From an uncultured virus (IMG/VR IMGVR_UViG_3300044568_006268) (lineage: Duplodnaviria > Heunggongvirae > Uroviricota > Caudoviricetes), in the IMG/VR virus record IMGVR_UViG_3300044568_006268, positions 1 through 64,000 of that record: a stretch of 64,000 nt of DNA. One strand, given 5' to 3'. Position numbers and translations under genes: made by a program. Shown here piece by piece: positions 12,201 through 21,600 of this stretch (within the stretch, counting starts at the first letter, position 1; the number at the start of each line of letters is the position of its first letter). The notes under the pieces are model-generated. The model saw only the letters and a program-made list of their open reading frames with translations, did no database searches and was not told the DNA's origin.

Positions 12201-13107
12201 ACAATCCAAATTTACCAGTTTTTCGATATATTTTACTCGGTAATAAATTAGATATTTGTGGATCCGGTGCGGTAGAAAAAATATCGGTAATATCAGTTTG
12301 TCTGTACTTACCGAAATTAGGTGCAGTTGCATCTACGTTTTTCCAATATTCTTTAAGTCTAACGTTTTGATATCCATAAAATTTAAGAATATTGATTATC
12401 GCTTTATATGAACCTACATAAGGAAATATATTGTGATATTCAAGTAGAAGTTCTTTTCGTTTTCGATTAATCAATCGCCAATCTGTTCCTTCTTCTTTTA
12501 CTTCAGAAGCATCAAATATAATAGAATCAGAAGGAAGTATATCGTTCCCTAAAGACATTAATAAAGATTTTAACCTTTCGTCTTCGGACTCTCCTTCACC
12601 GTATATTTCTATTTCAGCGAATATTAAATTATTTTCGTCTCTAATATACATGATAGAAGAGAATCCATCTTCTCTACTAGGTTGAAATGCAATATTAATT
12701 TGTAAAGCTTTAGAATTAATCACCGACAAAGATTTCATATCATTAGGCAAGATTGTCATTGATGGATCGTAGTCTAGCTTACCCAAATTTTTATTTTGAA
12801 AATGAACAAATTCAGTATCAGTTATATCGTATATAAAAATTTCTGGTACCGGTAACTTAGGATTGAATCCGGCAGTAATACCTTGATTTCTGAGAGTTGA
12901 ACCATAATTACTATAAGGATATCCGTATTGAGGATATCCAGTGGCAGAATCTACTAACTCTTCTAAAATATATAGCTGTTGATTTTCTATCAGTCCCTCC
13001 GATATAGTGTGCATGTCAATTCGACCTGTCCATTTATCTAAGGTTGGATTATAATCGAAATTGCAATATTCTCCCTTTTTATTAAAAAATTTTAAGTGTT
13101 GGTACAT
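9286..13107 (-). CDS. Large baseplate wedge-like protein
   Basis: 1273 aa; GSYKAIINILKFYGY wedge-type motif; PKD/Ig-like repeats (GKYDVELRLWD, GSYSLSLTIED). Confidence 0.55.
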   Translation of the reverse strand: MYQHLKFFNKKGEYCNFDYNPTLDKWTGRIDMHTISEGLIENQQLYILEELVDSATGYPQYGYPYSNYGSTLRNQGITAGFNPKLPVPEIFIYDITDTEFVHFQNKNLGKLDYDPSMTILPNDMKSLSVINSKALQINIAFQPSREDGFSSIMYIRDENNLIFAEIEIYGEGESEDERLKSLLMSLGNDILPSDSIIFDASEVKEEGTDWRLINRKRKELLLEYHNIFPYVGSYKAIINILKFYGYQNVRLKEYWKNVDATAPNFGKYRQTDITDIFSTAPDPQISNLLPSKIYRKTGKFGLFYDITVESGEYDDDGLPIVEEVYTFTPEEVLTKIFALKKKLIQYFLPINTQIVDITGEAIFFAQYKINNVISRNRIDSISMGIHPKYEVYPSEKGYIQDLRALQFLGAPIGPDVSAAGYSNYLVWRFHVNSNIITNANQAISTEIVYTVGSNSYVGGYDFYFHDPRRSTNDISEEEICARLAKSINNPTYSVYNNQQDIEFIQANVYAYPELDNPGWVRIVSRGPVPGATSATAPEISFVCSVLTGFPSTYPSSQLNIPAIISSATGTYGAAGPPVSLYNTAYVGFFEDMNLPVSGLSDDANIPIGFPVILKNKTFDITWDNADANFNQVDSIGSTFSTLYSQFNNSFEVIGWTGSTSIINPITIGVTGFPSNNYPHQFTYSWENIGYMGYHEMQWIISKSEDETPAYRLDTGPKTIYEINEFATNLPYVGKYDVELRLWDLFNNQAYTSNMQQIEVEAKEADFIGWYTKRELDYTFDDIRRQVQNIEATNKVGSGSQWQIPTPNQFLTWDEYASNWDLPLQPNEAIEMAEITGNSLDSIEFYQTMINPIDNPLVDRYPYRFNLIGNIPTWDDAYHLWWDNTGTRITEWKITGTTGIGATSGTIWMTRANSTLNLSNNKYYEVGPTGWTGPTSTTIAGTTGDIAYVASLDTTFVNDGTLWNLVSDELEVVKVNFPIGGNDKDNMISIVDALNTFAPTSKLFKDFIYYYNEEYDATNALIPYVKAASVGFDKYGRHRIGYNNLIGETNSYDTQYFGYLGDIPTHFEIYQIPSGSTGATFTVQYNEGATASYEYVIGATSLSKLVKELNGATAQALPVIGDFVYNMVYGAAGWTGGTGPSSFSEVKIQGVAKRFTEPQTINTTYGTGVKGTWMGRSLIKNPSWNDIRILKYQQELPILTSVNFTYDSSKMVGKTNFTWLLQKDDDTSFEDIYYNNPYFSYMFTLRGSYSLSLTIEDSNGNKKTIKKQELIKIV

Positions 13108-13355
13108 TATAGGTTATATCTTCTATCGTTTTTATCGATGGTGTAATTAAAAAAGAATTGAATTTGTTTTACCGAATCAGTTAATTCTATTAATAACGGA
13201 TCAGTCATTTCCAAGAATTTTGCAATTCTAGGATTGCCATATAGAGCCGGAGAAAGAAATCTAGAAAGTAGACCATTTTTTGCATAGTCATATCCATTAC
13301 CTTCTCGATTCTCTGAGTCTTGAACTATTTTATTATATATCGAATCTTTATACAT
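13107..13355 (-). CDS. Small baseplate-region protein
   Basis: 82 aa, TAATG-coupled on both sides. Confidence 0.55.
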   Translation of the reverse strand: MYKDSIYNKIVQDSENREGNGYDYAKNGLLSRFLSPALYGNPRIAKFLEMTDPLLIELTDSVKQIQFFFNYTIDKNDRRYNL

Positions 13356-15118
13356 TACTTAAGCGCAGATTTATTTGAGTTCATCATTCGGATCGGTAAT
13401 GATTCTCTGATAACTTCTTTGACCACTAGATTGACGGATGAATATTGATTATAAGATATACCATCTTCGTAATAATTTCCAAAGCGATCATACCAACCTC
13501 CTCTTATTATAGGTTGTTCGTTTAATCCAATCTTAACGTCACCGAAATCATCTAATCCTAAATTTGGATCGTCTCCAGAATTTAGCATTATTTGATTATC
13601 CGTAACAATGGTAATACCTCTAACTTTATCAATTGATGTAACCTTTTGTATATAATATCCATCTATTATAGCTCTTTCGTTAGCTTCAGATACAAAAGAT
13701 AGATTAACCGAATCTACTCCTTTAATGTTTTCAATCAAAGCAATTATATCAGATTTTGGAATTTTATCTCTTCGTTTCACTTTAAGTAAGTAATCTGTTA
13801 ATTTTGTGAGAATTTCTCCTTTTAATGTATTCTGATCTACCGTATCATATATCCTTAAATAAATATTTGTTACGTATTTAGTAATGATCGGATCTACTAT
13901 TTGTAATTCCGTACCCATAATTTGTCTACCGCTCATATCAATAAATTCTATCAGAGCTTGTTTTTCATCGGAGTCTAAATAAAAATTTTGTAGATTTGTA
14001 GTAAAATAATCAGTGTTGTTTGTTAATCTTTTAGCAATATCAGGTATCAAAAATAAATAGACTACATTATCATCTGCAATATAATCGTCATCAAATGTAT
14101 TGTATGCATCAACATATGCATAATTAAATCTTGATAGATAATTGATGTAGTTGTCAGCATTTGCTAATATAAAAGACCTACTCATCTTAGGTGCAATTAA
14201 TTTTGTCAACTCAGGATTTTCTGAATCAGCACCTAAAATTATAGGTTTTTCAATAGATACATTTAATATCGTATTCAAATCAACCTCTTCTCCGGTATTG
14301 CTATATCCTGGATCGTCAAATTTGAATTGTATGTCTGAAGATTTAGAATATATATTGCCTTCAAATCCATCAGTTTTAACATATTGCACATTTATCACAG
14401 AACCTAAAGCTGGTATAGTTCCAAAATCTTCATTTCCAAAATATATGTCTATTCCGCCAGAAATTCCAGTTTTAACTAAGCATTTTTTATCTCCTTTATT
14501 CATATCATATAATGAATCTATGATATCATAAGCTTCACCATTAACCGTGATATAAATTAAATCATTTTCTATCGTACTTTTAGAAATAACAGTAAAAGAT
14601 TGTAATGCTTTACCGGTACCTGTTAAGGTTTGATTTTCTAATTCTCCTTGTATAATTTTTAACGGAGTTATTTCCGTAGAATTTAATGGAATTCTTAAAT
14701 TACCATTTACATTACCTAATTGAACGAAATATTTTTTATTGTTATTAATACAGGTAATCTTAGTTTTATCTAAAATTAGGATATAACTTGCATTTATAGG
14801 TGCATCAGCACCAGGAGCTATTTTAACGTTTATTGTTCCTTGAGAAGAAATAGATCTAGTAGGATTATGTCCAGTCAATCTAGCCCAACCATATATAGAT
14901 CTTTGTTTCGTTGCTGTGTAAATATTTAACTCTACTAAAGAATCTTCTATATAGTAAAATATCAATTGTCCAAATTCTTGGATTACTGCAATAATTTGAC
15001 CAAATGGCGAAGATTTCGATAACACTGAGCCTGCTTGATTGTATGTATCAATCAACCAATTTCTGATCTTTAATTGTATATCATTAAAGGATATTTTATT
15101 TGTTTCTAAAAATTTCAT
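13355..15118 (-). CDS. Baseplate wedge subunit (T4 gp6 / baseplate J-like)
   Basis: ARLTGHNP, IYFGN..FG..P, YVKTDGFEGN motifs of gp6-like proteins; likely ATG at 15118 (MKFLETNK), not the track start. Confidence 0.75.
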   Translation of the reverse strand: MKFLETNKISFNDIQLKIRNWLIDTYNQAGSVLSKSSPFGQIIAVIQEFGQLIFYYIEDSLVELNIYTATKQRSIYGWARLTGHNPTRSISSQGTINVKIAPGADAPINASYILILDKTKITCINNNKKYFVQLGNVNGNLRIPLNSTEITPLKIIQGELENQTLTGTGKALQSFTVISKSTIENDLIYITVNGEAYDIIDSLYDMNKGDKKCLVKTGISGGIDIYFGNEDFGTIPALGSVINVQYVKTDGFEGNIYSKSSDIQFKFDDPGYSNTGEEVDLNTILNVSIEKPIILGADSENPELTKLIAPKMSRSFILANADNYINYLSRFNYAYVDAYNTFDDDYIADDNVVYLFLIPDIAKRLTNNTDYFTTNLQNFYLDSDEKQALIEFIDMSGRQIMGTELQIVDPIITKYVTNIYLRIYDTVDQNTLKGEILTKLTDYLLKVKRRDKIPKSDIIALIENIKGVDSVNLSFVSEANERAIIDGYYIQKVTSIDKVRGITIVTDNQIMLNSGDDPNLGLDDFGDVKIGLNEQPIIRGGWYDRFGNYYEDGISYNQYSSVNLVVKEVIRESLPIRMMNSNKSALK

Positions 15119-15131
15119 TGTTTGTTTTTCT

Positions 15132-15503
15132 TTATGGTTCGACTGCGTAACCAGCAACTTTTGTTCCGTCTATTAATATGTCTAAAATTATAGTGTCCCA
15201 TACTTCTCCTTTTAAGAAGTTAACGTCGACATCTAAATTAATGCCTTTAAATGTTTCTTGATCGATATATTTTAAAAACTGAGTCATCGCATCTTGTTTA
15301 ATATGCGAAGATCCTTTTGATGTCGACCAAATATATGCATCTAAAGATAATCCAAAATCAGGATCGCCTAAAACACTCCCTTTAGGAGTAGTCAAAATCA
15401 TTTCTACTTCCTGCAAAAACATTTCCATTCGATTATTAGTTTCAATTTCATCGGCATCATAATAAGGATATGTGTCCATTTTGAAATATAGGTCTATAGC
15501 CAT
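15132..15503 (-). CDS. Baseplate wedge gp25-like protein
   Basis: ILTTPKGSVLGDPDFG signature of the gp25/GPW family. Confidence 0.8.
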   Translation of the reverse strand: MAIDLYFKMDTYPYYDADEIETNNRMEMFLQEVEMILTTPKGSVLGDPDFGLSLDAYIWSTSKGSSHIKQDAMTQFLKYIDQETFKGINLDVDVNFLKGEVWDTIILDILIDGTKVAGYAVEP

Positions 15504-15519
15504 ATTAGTAGTTTATTTA

Positions 15520-16266
15520 TTAAGAACCTCCAGAAGTAAAGAAAAAATCCATTCCTTCTTCTTCTTTTACTTCAGTTTCGATTTTTTCGATTTCTTCTTT
15601 ACCTTCGTCTCGAATCAAATCATAATTAATTTTAATTCCACCGGGTAAATTGAAGTCGAAAGTTCCAAGAATACGAGAAAGTTGAACTTTACATTTAGCA
15701 ACTACATATCGGTAGAATATTTCGTCGTTCATCAAATGTTCTAAAGGTATTTTTGCGTAGCACATTGCAACACAATCTCTATTAGGAGTTTCTCCACCAA
15801 TAAATAGTCTATGCGAGTTTCTATTGTAATTAAAACTAATAGTGTGATTAATTATGTGTGATGCAACATCCATCCAATACATATTTAATGTATAGTACAT
15901 TAAGTTTTCAGTACCTTGTCCTAATGATACAGAATCAGAAAGAAACAATCTTTCAATACCAAAATCCGCAGTACCATCAAAAGACATAGATCTAGCAAAA
16001 TCTTCTTTTAATTTTTTAAGTTGCCAAACCGAAAATACACAATCTGGCATAGTAACAGTTCTATCTGTTTTAAATTGAGTTTGTTTAAATAACTCAGTCG
16101 TAATAAAATAATATCTTTCTTCGACTGCATCTTCGTATTTTTTATAAAACCAATCAGCTGAATATTTTATGATTCTATTTATTTCCGGAATAGGAACCGT
16201 AAATGGTAATGCACAAGCAACAGAAAGTTCTTGTTGTACGTTTGCTATGAATTCATCGTTCGTCAC
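15520..16266 (-). CDS. Neck/head-tail adaptor (T4 gp13-like)
   Basis: C-terminal LPGGIKINYD..I..EG..E motif typical of gp13-like neck proteins. Confidence 0.7.
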   Translation of the reverse strand: MTNDEFIANVQQELSVACALPFTVPIPEINRIIKYSADWFYKKYEDAVEERYYFITTELFKQTQFKTDRTVTMPDCVFSVWQLKKLKEDFARSMSFDGTADFGIERLFLSDSVSLGQGTENLMYYTLNMYWMDVASHIINHTISFNYNRNSHRLFIGGETPNRDCVAMCYAKIPLEHLMNDEIFYRYVVAKCKVQLSRILGTFDFNLPGGIKINYDLIRDEGKEEIEKIETEVKEEEGMDFFFTSGGS

Positions 16267-17627
16267 AGTTGGTTAAATTTTTTTGTAGGTATAATGATTT
16301 GGTCTCCGGCAACAACATAACCAGATTTTAGTGGCTGATATTGTATAACTTTTGTATCTTTCGATACATCAGCAAATAAACCTATTTTTCCTTTTTTGAA
16401 AATACCTTTAGTCATTTTGCCATTTAGTACTCCATTCATTCCATCGAACTCGCAATCTATTAAATTAGTAGTTCGATTAGAGAAAGAATTCATTAAATTG
16501 CAATTCGTAACAATAGAATCTAGATATACGTTTGATTGTATAATTGTTGCATTAACAATTTTACAGTCGTAGAAATCCGATCTATGGAAGATACCATTTT
16601 CAATTTCACAACTGATAAATTCAAGACCTTCTATTTCTTTACATTTAATTTTTGCATCTCTAATCTGTATTACTGAAAGTGTTGAATCGTAGTTAATTTC
16701 GAATTCGTTATTAGAAAATTGGCAATTAGTAAATATTGTAAAAAGACGATCTCGGAGTATATTGTAATAAGATTCAAGTACTTTTTGATCTGAAACTAAA
16801 TCTGCGGTAAATTTAACTTTAGGAAAGTTTTTCTTAAACAGAGCATAGTCTAAATAAGATTGTCTAATCTTTTCTTTTACGGAAATAGCCTTTTCAAAAG
16901 CCTTAAGATTTTCTTTTGTAAATGATTTATTTATTACGCAATCCCATGAAGTAACAATAAATTGATTGATAGTATCTAGAACAAGACCTACTTTAGATTG
17001 ATAACCGGAACCTCCAATATATTGCATTCTCAAAAATCCTTGATTAAGGGTTTCGAAATTAATGCCACAATTTTGAGTAGATGGAATATCATAAACTCTT
17101 GGATCTACGGCTTCTGCCTCTCTCGGTATAAATTTTTGGGTTGGTTCGAATCTTATTATTGATTGCGAATTAAACGAATCCTTCCTAGAAGGAAACGCTT
17201 TATAGACTTTCTCTTCGTCAAACTCTAATATAAATTTAAGTTTGTCAATATTGTCTATTTTTGTAGCAGTTGAAAAAAGAGTTCCTTTAAAAGGTCCTTT
17301 CTCTTCGTCTAAAAATTTTAGATCTACGAAGAAATTGTCGTTTCTTCCAGTAGAACCATTTCGTTCAATCCATTTTAATAAATCGATAGTAATTAATCTA
17401 GCATCTCTACATAACATAAAGCTAGTAGAAAAATGATACACACCATCTTCTGATCTTTTTAATTGGAAATTATACGAAGAAGCTTCATTTGGAGAAATCT
17501 TCGTCTTAAGTAATTTAGACAATTCGGAAACTGCTGATTTAGGCTCTTTAGTAGATTCAAAATCAGCAGTTATGCGAATTAAAGATTTTTCAAATAAAGC
17601 TGTTAAATTGTAGGAGTTGAAATTCAT
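16263..17627 (-). CDS. Amidoligase-fold protein (apparently degenerate) with C-terminal beta-helix
   Basis: LKWIERNGST, KLKFILEFDE, GINF, YIGG layout resembles phage putative amidoligases; pentapeptide-like C-terminus. Confidence 0.45.
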   Translation of the reverse strand: MNFNSYNLTALFEKSLIRITADFESTKEPKSAVSELSKLLKTKISPNEASSYNFQLKRSEDGVYHFSTSFMLCRDARLITIDLLKWIERNGSTGRNDNFFVDLKFLDEEKGPFKGTLFSTATKIDNIDKLKFILEFDEEKVYKAFPSRKDSFNSQSIIRFEPTQKFIPREAEAVDPRVYDIPSTQNCGINFETLNQGFLRMQYIGGSGYQSKVGLVLDTINQFIVTSWDCVINKSFTKENLKAFEKAISVKEKIRQSYLDYALFKKNFPKVKFTADLVSDQKVLESYYNILRDRLFTIFTNCQFSNNEFEINYDSTLSVIQIRDAKIKCKEIEGLEFISCEIENGIFHRSDFYDCKIVNATIIQSNVYLDSIVTNCNLMNSFSNRTTNLIDCEFDGMNGVLNGKMTKGIFKKGKIGLFADVSKDTKVIQYQPLKSGYVVAGDQIIIPTKKFNQL

Positions 17628-17660
17628 CTATAGCTTTCTTTTATTATATATTCCAGAAGG

Positions 17661-18824
17661 CTACATAGCAAAATCAACTTTTTTAGATTCTTTATCGATT
17701 CTAGTTATTTTAACGTCAATTTCTTGACCTACTTCTAATTCAATATCTTCTCTTAAATAAGTTTTGTGAAGTAGACCAACTATTTTAGGTTCAATCTCTA
17801 CGAAAGCACCATATCTAACGATCTTTTTAACTCTACCTGTAACTGTTGATGGAACTTTATATCTATCTTCGATATCGTCCCAAGCAGATGGTTGAACTTC
17901 AATAACTTTCTGTGAAAGTACAATTTTATCGTTATCAATAATTTCTTTGATGTAGAATTCAATTGCATCACCTGGTTTAATTTTTTGAGCATCGAAATTA
18001 TCAACATTTTCAGGAAGAATATCGTTTCTACCAATAAGACCAGTTAAGCAACCGTTGAATTCCGCAAATATACCATGACGTGAACATCCAGTTACAAATC
18101 CTTTGTATAAAATACCCATTTGTAACTCTGATATCGTTTGTGGTACTAAAGCCTTTAGATATTCTCTATGAGATACAACAATATAATCTTTCTCTTTTGA
18201 GTAGTTTATAGCAGTAACATAAAGAGATTTACCAATAAGGGCATCAAAATCGATTAATTTGTTCATTCCACCAAGAGAACCTGGCATGAAACATTGAACT
18301 CCGGCGATATTTACAAAATAACCTCCATGGATTAATTCAGTCACAATTCCAAGATAAGCCATTGGTTTTCCTATTGCATCTAATAACTCATCACGTTTCT
18401 TCGAGATAATGTTCTTAGAATAAGAAGCTTGAATGTTATAAACTGAATTAGTGTGGGTTGTACCAACTCGATCAATAATTACTTCAATAGGAAATCCTAC
18501 TTGAATGTATTTAAGGTATTCTGGATTTTCTTTTCTTAGCTCGATCATTGCATCTTCTCTCCAATTGATGTCAATAATTGCATGATCTGCATTAATAGAA
18601 ACTACTGTTCCTTGTACTACTGAACCAGTTTTAGGTTCAACGAAATTAGTAAGAGAACCTTCATAAAGCTCGTATAATTCTTGAGCATAAGGTGCTGAAC
18701 AATAAATTTTAGAAGAATCTCCTGTATGTTTTTTGATTCGTTTATTTATTGTAAGTTTTGTAGGATTTTCAGATTCAAAAGAATCCCAATCAAATTCGCC
18801 ATTTGGCGTTTTTAGTTCTTGCAT
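17661..18824 (-). CDS. rpsA: Ribosomal protein bS1 homolog (about 4 S1 domains)
   Basis: S1 repeats: GSVVQGTVV, FMPGS, VVSHR, YGAFVEIEPKIVGLLH, VGQEIDVKITRID. Confidence 0.85.
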   Translation of the reverse strand: MQELKTPNGEFDWDSFESENPTKLTINKRIKKHTGDSSKIYCSAPYAQELYELYEGSLTNFVEPKTGSVVQGTVVSINADHAIIDINWREDAMIELRKENPEYLKYIQVGFPIEVIIDRVGTTHTNSVYNIQASYSKNIISKKRDELLDAIGKPMAYLGIVTELIHGGYFVNIAGVQCFMPGSLGGMNKLIDFDALIGKSLYVTAINYSKEKDYIVVSHREYLKALVPQTISELQMGILYKGFVTGCSRHGIFAEFNGCLTGLIGRNDILPENVDNFDAQKIKPGDAIEFYIKEIIDNDKIVLSQKVIEVQPSAWDDIEDRYKVPSTVTGRVKKIVRYGAFVEIEPKIVGLLHKTYLREDIELEVGQEIDVKITRIDKESKKVDFAM

Positions 18825-18883
18825 TTTTTAAATGTTAGAAGGTTAAAGATTATTGTAGTATTTTATTATATATCCAAGGCATC

Positions 18884-19297
18884 TTATGAAATTTTGGCCT
18901 TAGGTGAATCTTCAGTAGATTCTCCGGTGTATTCAGTCGAATTTATTTGACTTGCTATGTCTGAAGCAGTAAGAACTGCAGCTGCTGGAGTAGCAGTAGC
19001 AGTAGTATCTGTGGCTGGAGTCGGAGCAGATGGACCTTCAGCAGCAACAGAATTAGCGTTTACTCCTACTTTGATTCCTTGTGGAATCACGATATCTGCT
19101 GATTTTATATAAGCATCAATTGCATCGGCTACTTGATTAGCAAATACTGTAGCTGCTTGTTCTATTGCAACTGGTTGAGGCTTTTCTACGGGATTTTCGG
19201 AAGCCGCATTATTATCTAAAACTGCGATAAATGTTTTCCATCCATCAGCATAAGCTTTTTGAATTTGTTGATTGAACGTTGGTTTGTCTAATGCCAT
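18884..19297 (-). CDS. Hypothetical baseplate-associated protein
   Basis: ADAIDAYIKSA motif; directly downstream of the gp5-like gene. Confidence 0.5.
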   Translation of the reverse strand: MALDKPTFNQQIQKAYADGWKTFIAVLDNNAASENPVEKPQPVAIEQAATVFANQVADAIDAYIKSADIVIPQGIKVGVNANSVAAEGPSAPTPATDTTATATPAAAVLTASDIASQINSTEYTGESTEDSPKAKIS

Positions 19298-20166
19298 TAT
19301 AAAGTTTTTACGGATTTTTGTGATAATTCTCCTGGAGTCATTTTTTGATTAGGAGGAGATGTAGGAGAACCTAAGTTACCTGTATGTGTATGCTTATTAA
19401 AGAGTGCCATAAATTTTTCACCTAAAACTAAACTTTGAGCAGCACCAGCACCTAATGATATAGATGATGCATGATTGATCGTAACAGAAGCTCCAGATTT
19501 AATGGTTATAGCTCCACCGGATTCGATATCGGTAGTGGCAGATGTCTTCACTAAAGTTTTACCGGAAGTAGTAACTGTAGTATCTCCGGTTATTGTAACA
19601 TTCAATTTAGCATCGCCAATTATATTGATGTTATTTTTATGATAGATGTTCATTGTACCATCATCTAACATTTCTACGATACTTTTTCGCGAATCCGTAT
19701 GTAAAATGATAGATTTATCCGGTCGTATATTAATTTGACTATTCTTATAATCTAACATCAATCCTTTTTGTTCAGTAAAGTAAACCTTTACAAATCCTTC
19801 GGTTATCGTGTCGTAAAGTAAAGAGTGAGCATTTGTATATGAGCCTTTGATTTCGTCTCGAAGTTGATCTGATATATTCTGTAAGAAAAAATACTCAGGA
19901 TGTCCAGTATTTCCACAATCAAATTTAATAGAAACTAAAGAACCTACTTTAGGTACAGAATAAAAACCACCACCAGTATCTGATCCACCAGTATGATTAT
20001 TTCCTGGATATGCCCACGGTATATCGGCAGTTGGAATTTCATCAAATTTCCCAAAAACTTTAACTTTAATTCGACCCATTTTCTGTGGATCTGCCACATC
20101 CATAACTTCTCCTAACCACGTAGTAGATAGTAAGTCATCAGCGTATGCATTTTGGTCATTTATCAT
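19297..20166 (-). CDS. Baseplate central spike (gp5/VgrG-like OB fold + beta helix)
   Basis: DPQKMGRIKVKVFG...IPWA...VPKVGSLV OB fold; C-terminal HTH metal-binding tip (HTHTGN). Confidence 0.85.
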   Translation of the reverse strand: MINDQNAYADDLLSTTWLGEVMDVADPQKMGRIKVKVFGKFDEIPTADIPWAYPGNNHTGGSDTGGGFYSVPKVGSLVSIKFDCGNTGHPEYFFLQNISDQLRDEIKGSYTNAHSLLYDTITEGFVKVYFTEQKGLMLDYKNSQINIRPDKSIILHTDSRKSIVEMLDDGTMNIYHKNNINIIGDAKLNVTITGDTTVTTSGKTLVKTSATTDIESGGAITIKSGASVTINHASSISLGAGAAQSLVLGEKFMALFNKHTHTGNLGSPTSPPNQKMTPGELSQKSVKTL

Positions 20167-20199
20167 ATCTTATTATATGAGGTTTAAATTGTTTTGTTT

Positions 20200-21600
20200 T
20201 TATCCGTAAATATTACCTAAACTTGCTCTATCATCTGTATCATTTCGTAAAGATTTACTAGGTCCGGAATTTAATATAGCAGAAGCAGCATTGACTATTG
20301 CCGTTGGATCTCCGGTTAATGCTCCAGCGGCTAAACCTCCAGCAGTAGTAGCAGAAAATCCATATATGTTACCCATTAATAATTTACCAATTGATGAACT
20401 AATAAGTCTTTCTATTTTATCAGCGGCTAAAGAAGCAAAAGGCAATATTGCGTTATATTTTGGATTTAATACTGAAGATAATCCATAAGACATTTTAGTT
20501 GGATCGTCTCCGCTTTGTAATTGTCCAAAGGTCGATGTATTATCTTTACCACTAGCTTGAGACGATGATAGAGATGCATTATCTACTGCAGCACCATCTA
20601 ATAGGTTTATAATTGTATCTTGTATAAATTGATCGTTCGAATAAATGTTGTATAAATTTACTTCTTCTACCGATTTATAATTAAATACTATTTTTTGAGT
20701 AGCTTCTGCATCAGCTGAAGCAGAAGATATTTTAGTAAGATGAACGTTAGATTCGTCAGGTAGCCATTCACAGCTATCAAATTTGAATAAAAATCTATTG
20801 ATATATGGATTTATTGTATTTGCAGATTCGTTACCGTCGGATGGTGAGATTGCATCTTTAATACCTTTAATAGGATCTTTTTTAAATTCCTGAATTTTAT
20901 CTTTTATTTGACTTGTTGGTGATTTTTTAGAATCATTACCATACGGATCCTTACCTAAAAGTGTTTCATTTTGTTTTTGTTGTTCTGCATTAATATCAGG
21001 AATACCTGCCATCCTAGAAAGATCTAATAATCCACTAGGAGAAGGTTTTCCTTCTCTATTGATAGTTCTAAGTTCATATACGTAAATATAAACAGTAAAA
21101 GTTCGTAAATTATAAGGAACAATTTCTCTACGATATTGATAATCAAAACACGATTTTCTATAAAGGTCCATCAACGCCGACATTCTTAAGTCAATAGATT
21201 CTAAACAATCGATTGATATTTTTCTATCTTCTGGAAGTTTAGATATAAACTCCTCTTCATGAAATCCTCTTTTCCATGCATCAGCTAACCCATCGATTGA
21301 TTGAAAGAACCACGGAGTTGTTTTATTTATTAATTCTAAATGAGATACAAATTTCTTAAGATATTTAGCTCTCGCTAAATCTCCAATATTATTGAGATAA
21401 TTTAACGCGGTATTAGGCATTTCATCATTATAACATAATAATTTACCTTCTGGTTGATTAAAAAAGAAAAGTAATTTAAACCCAAGATATGTTGGATCTT
21501 GATAAAGCAAATATGGGTTCGTTGCAAAATGAAGATTAGTCTTTTTAAATTTATTAAGACCAGGATCTGTATATTTTGAACTTTTTAACGATAATGGCAT
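20200..21600 (-). CDS. Tail tube initiator/baseplate protein (putative)
   Basis: 466 aa between hub and spike genes. Confidence 0.45.
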   Translation of the reverse strand: MPLSLKSSKYTDPGLNKFKKTNLHFATNPYLLYQDPTYLGFKLLFFFNQPEGKLLCYNDEMPNTALNYLNNIGDLARAKYLKKFVSHLELINKTTPWFFQSIDGLADAWKRGFHEEEFISKLPEDRKISIDCLESIDLRMSALMDLYRKSCFDYQYRREIVPYNLRTFTVYIYVYELRTINREGKPSPSGLLDLSRMAGIPDINAEQQKQNETLLGKDPYGNDSKKSPTSQIKDKIQEFKKDPIKGIKDAISPSDGNESANTINPYINRFLFKFDSCEWLPDESNVHLTKISSASADAEATQKIVFNYKSVEEVNLYNIYSNDQFIQDTIINLLDGAAVDNASLSSSQASGKDNTSTFGQLQSGDDPTKMSYGLSSVLNPKYNAILPFASLAADKIERLISSSIGKLLMGNIYGFSATTAGGLAAGALTGDPTAIVNAASAILNSGPSKSLRNDTDDRASLGNIYG

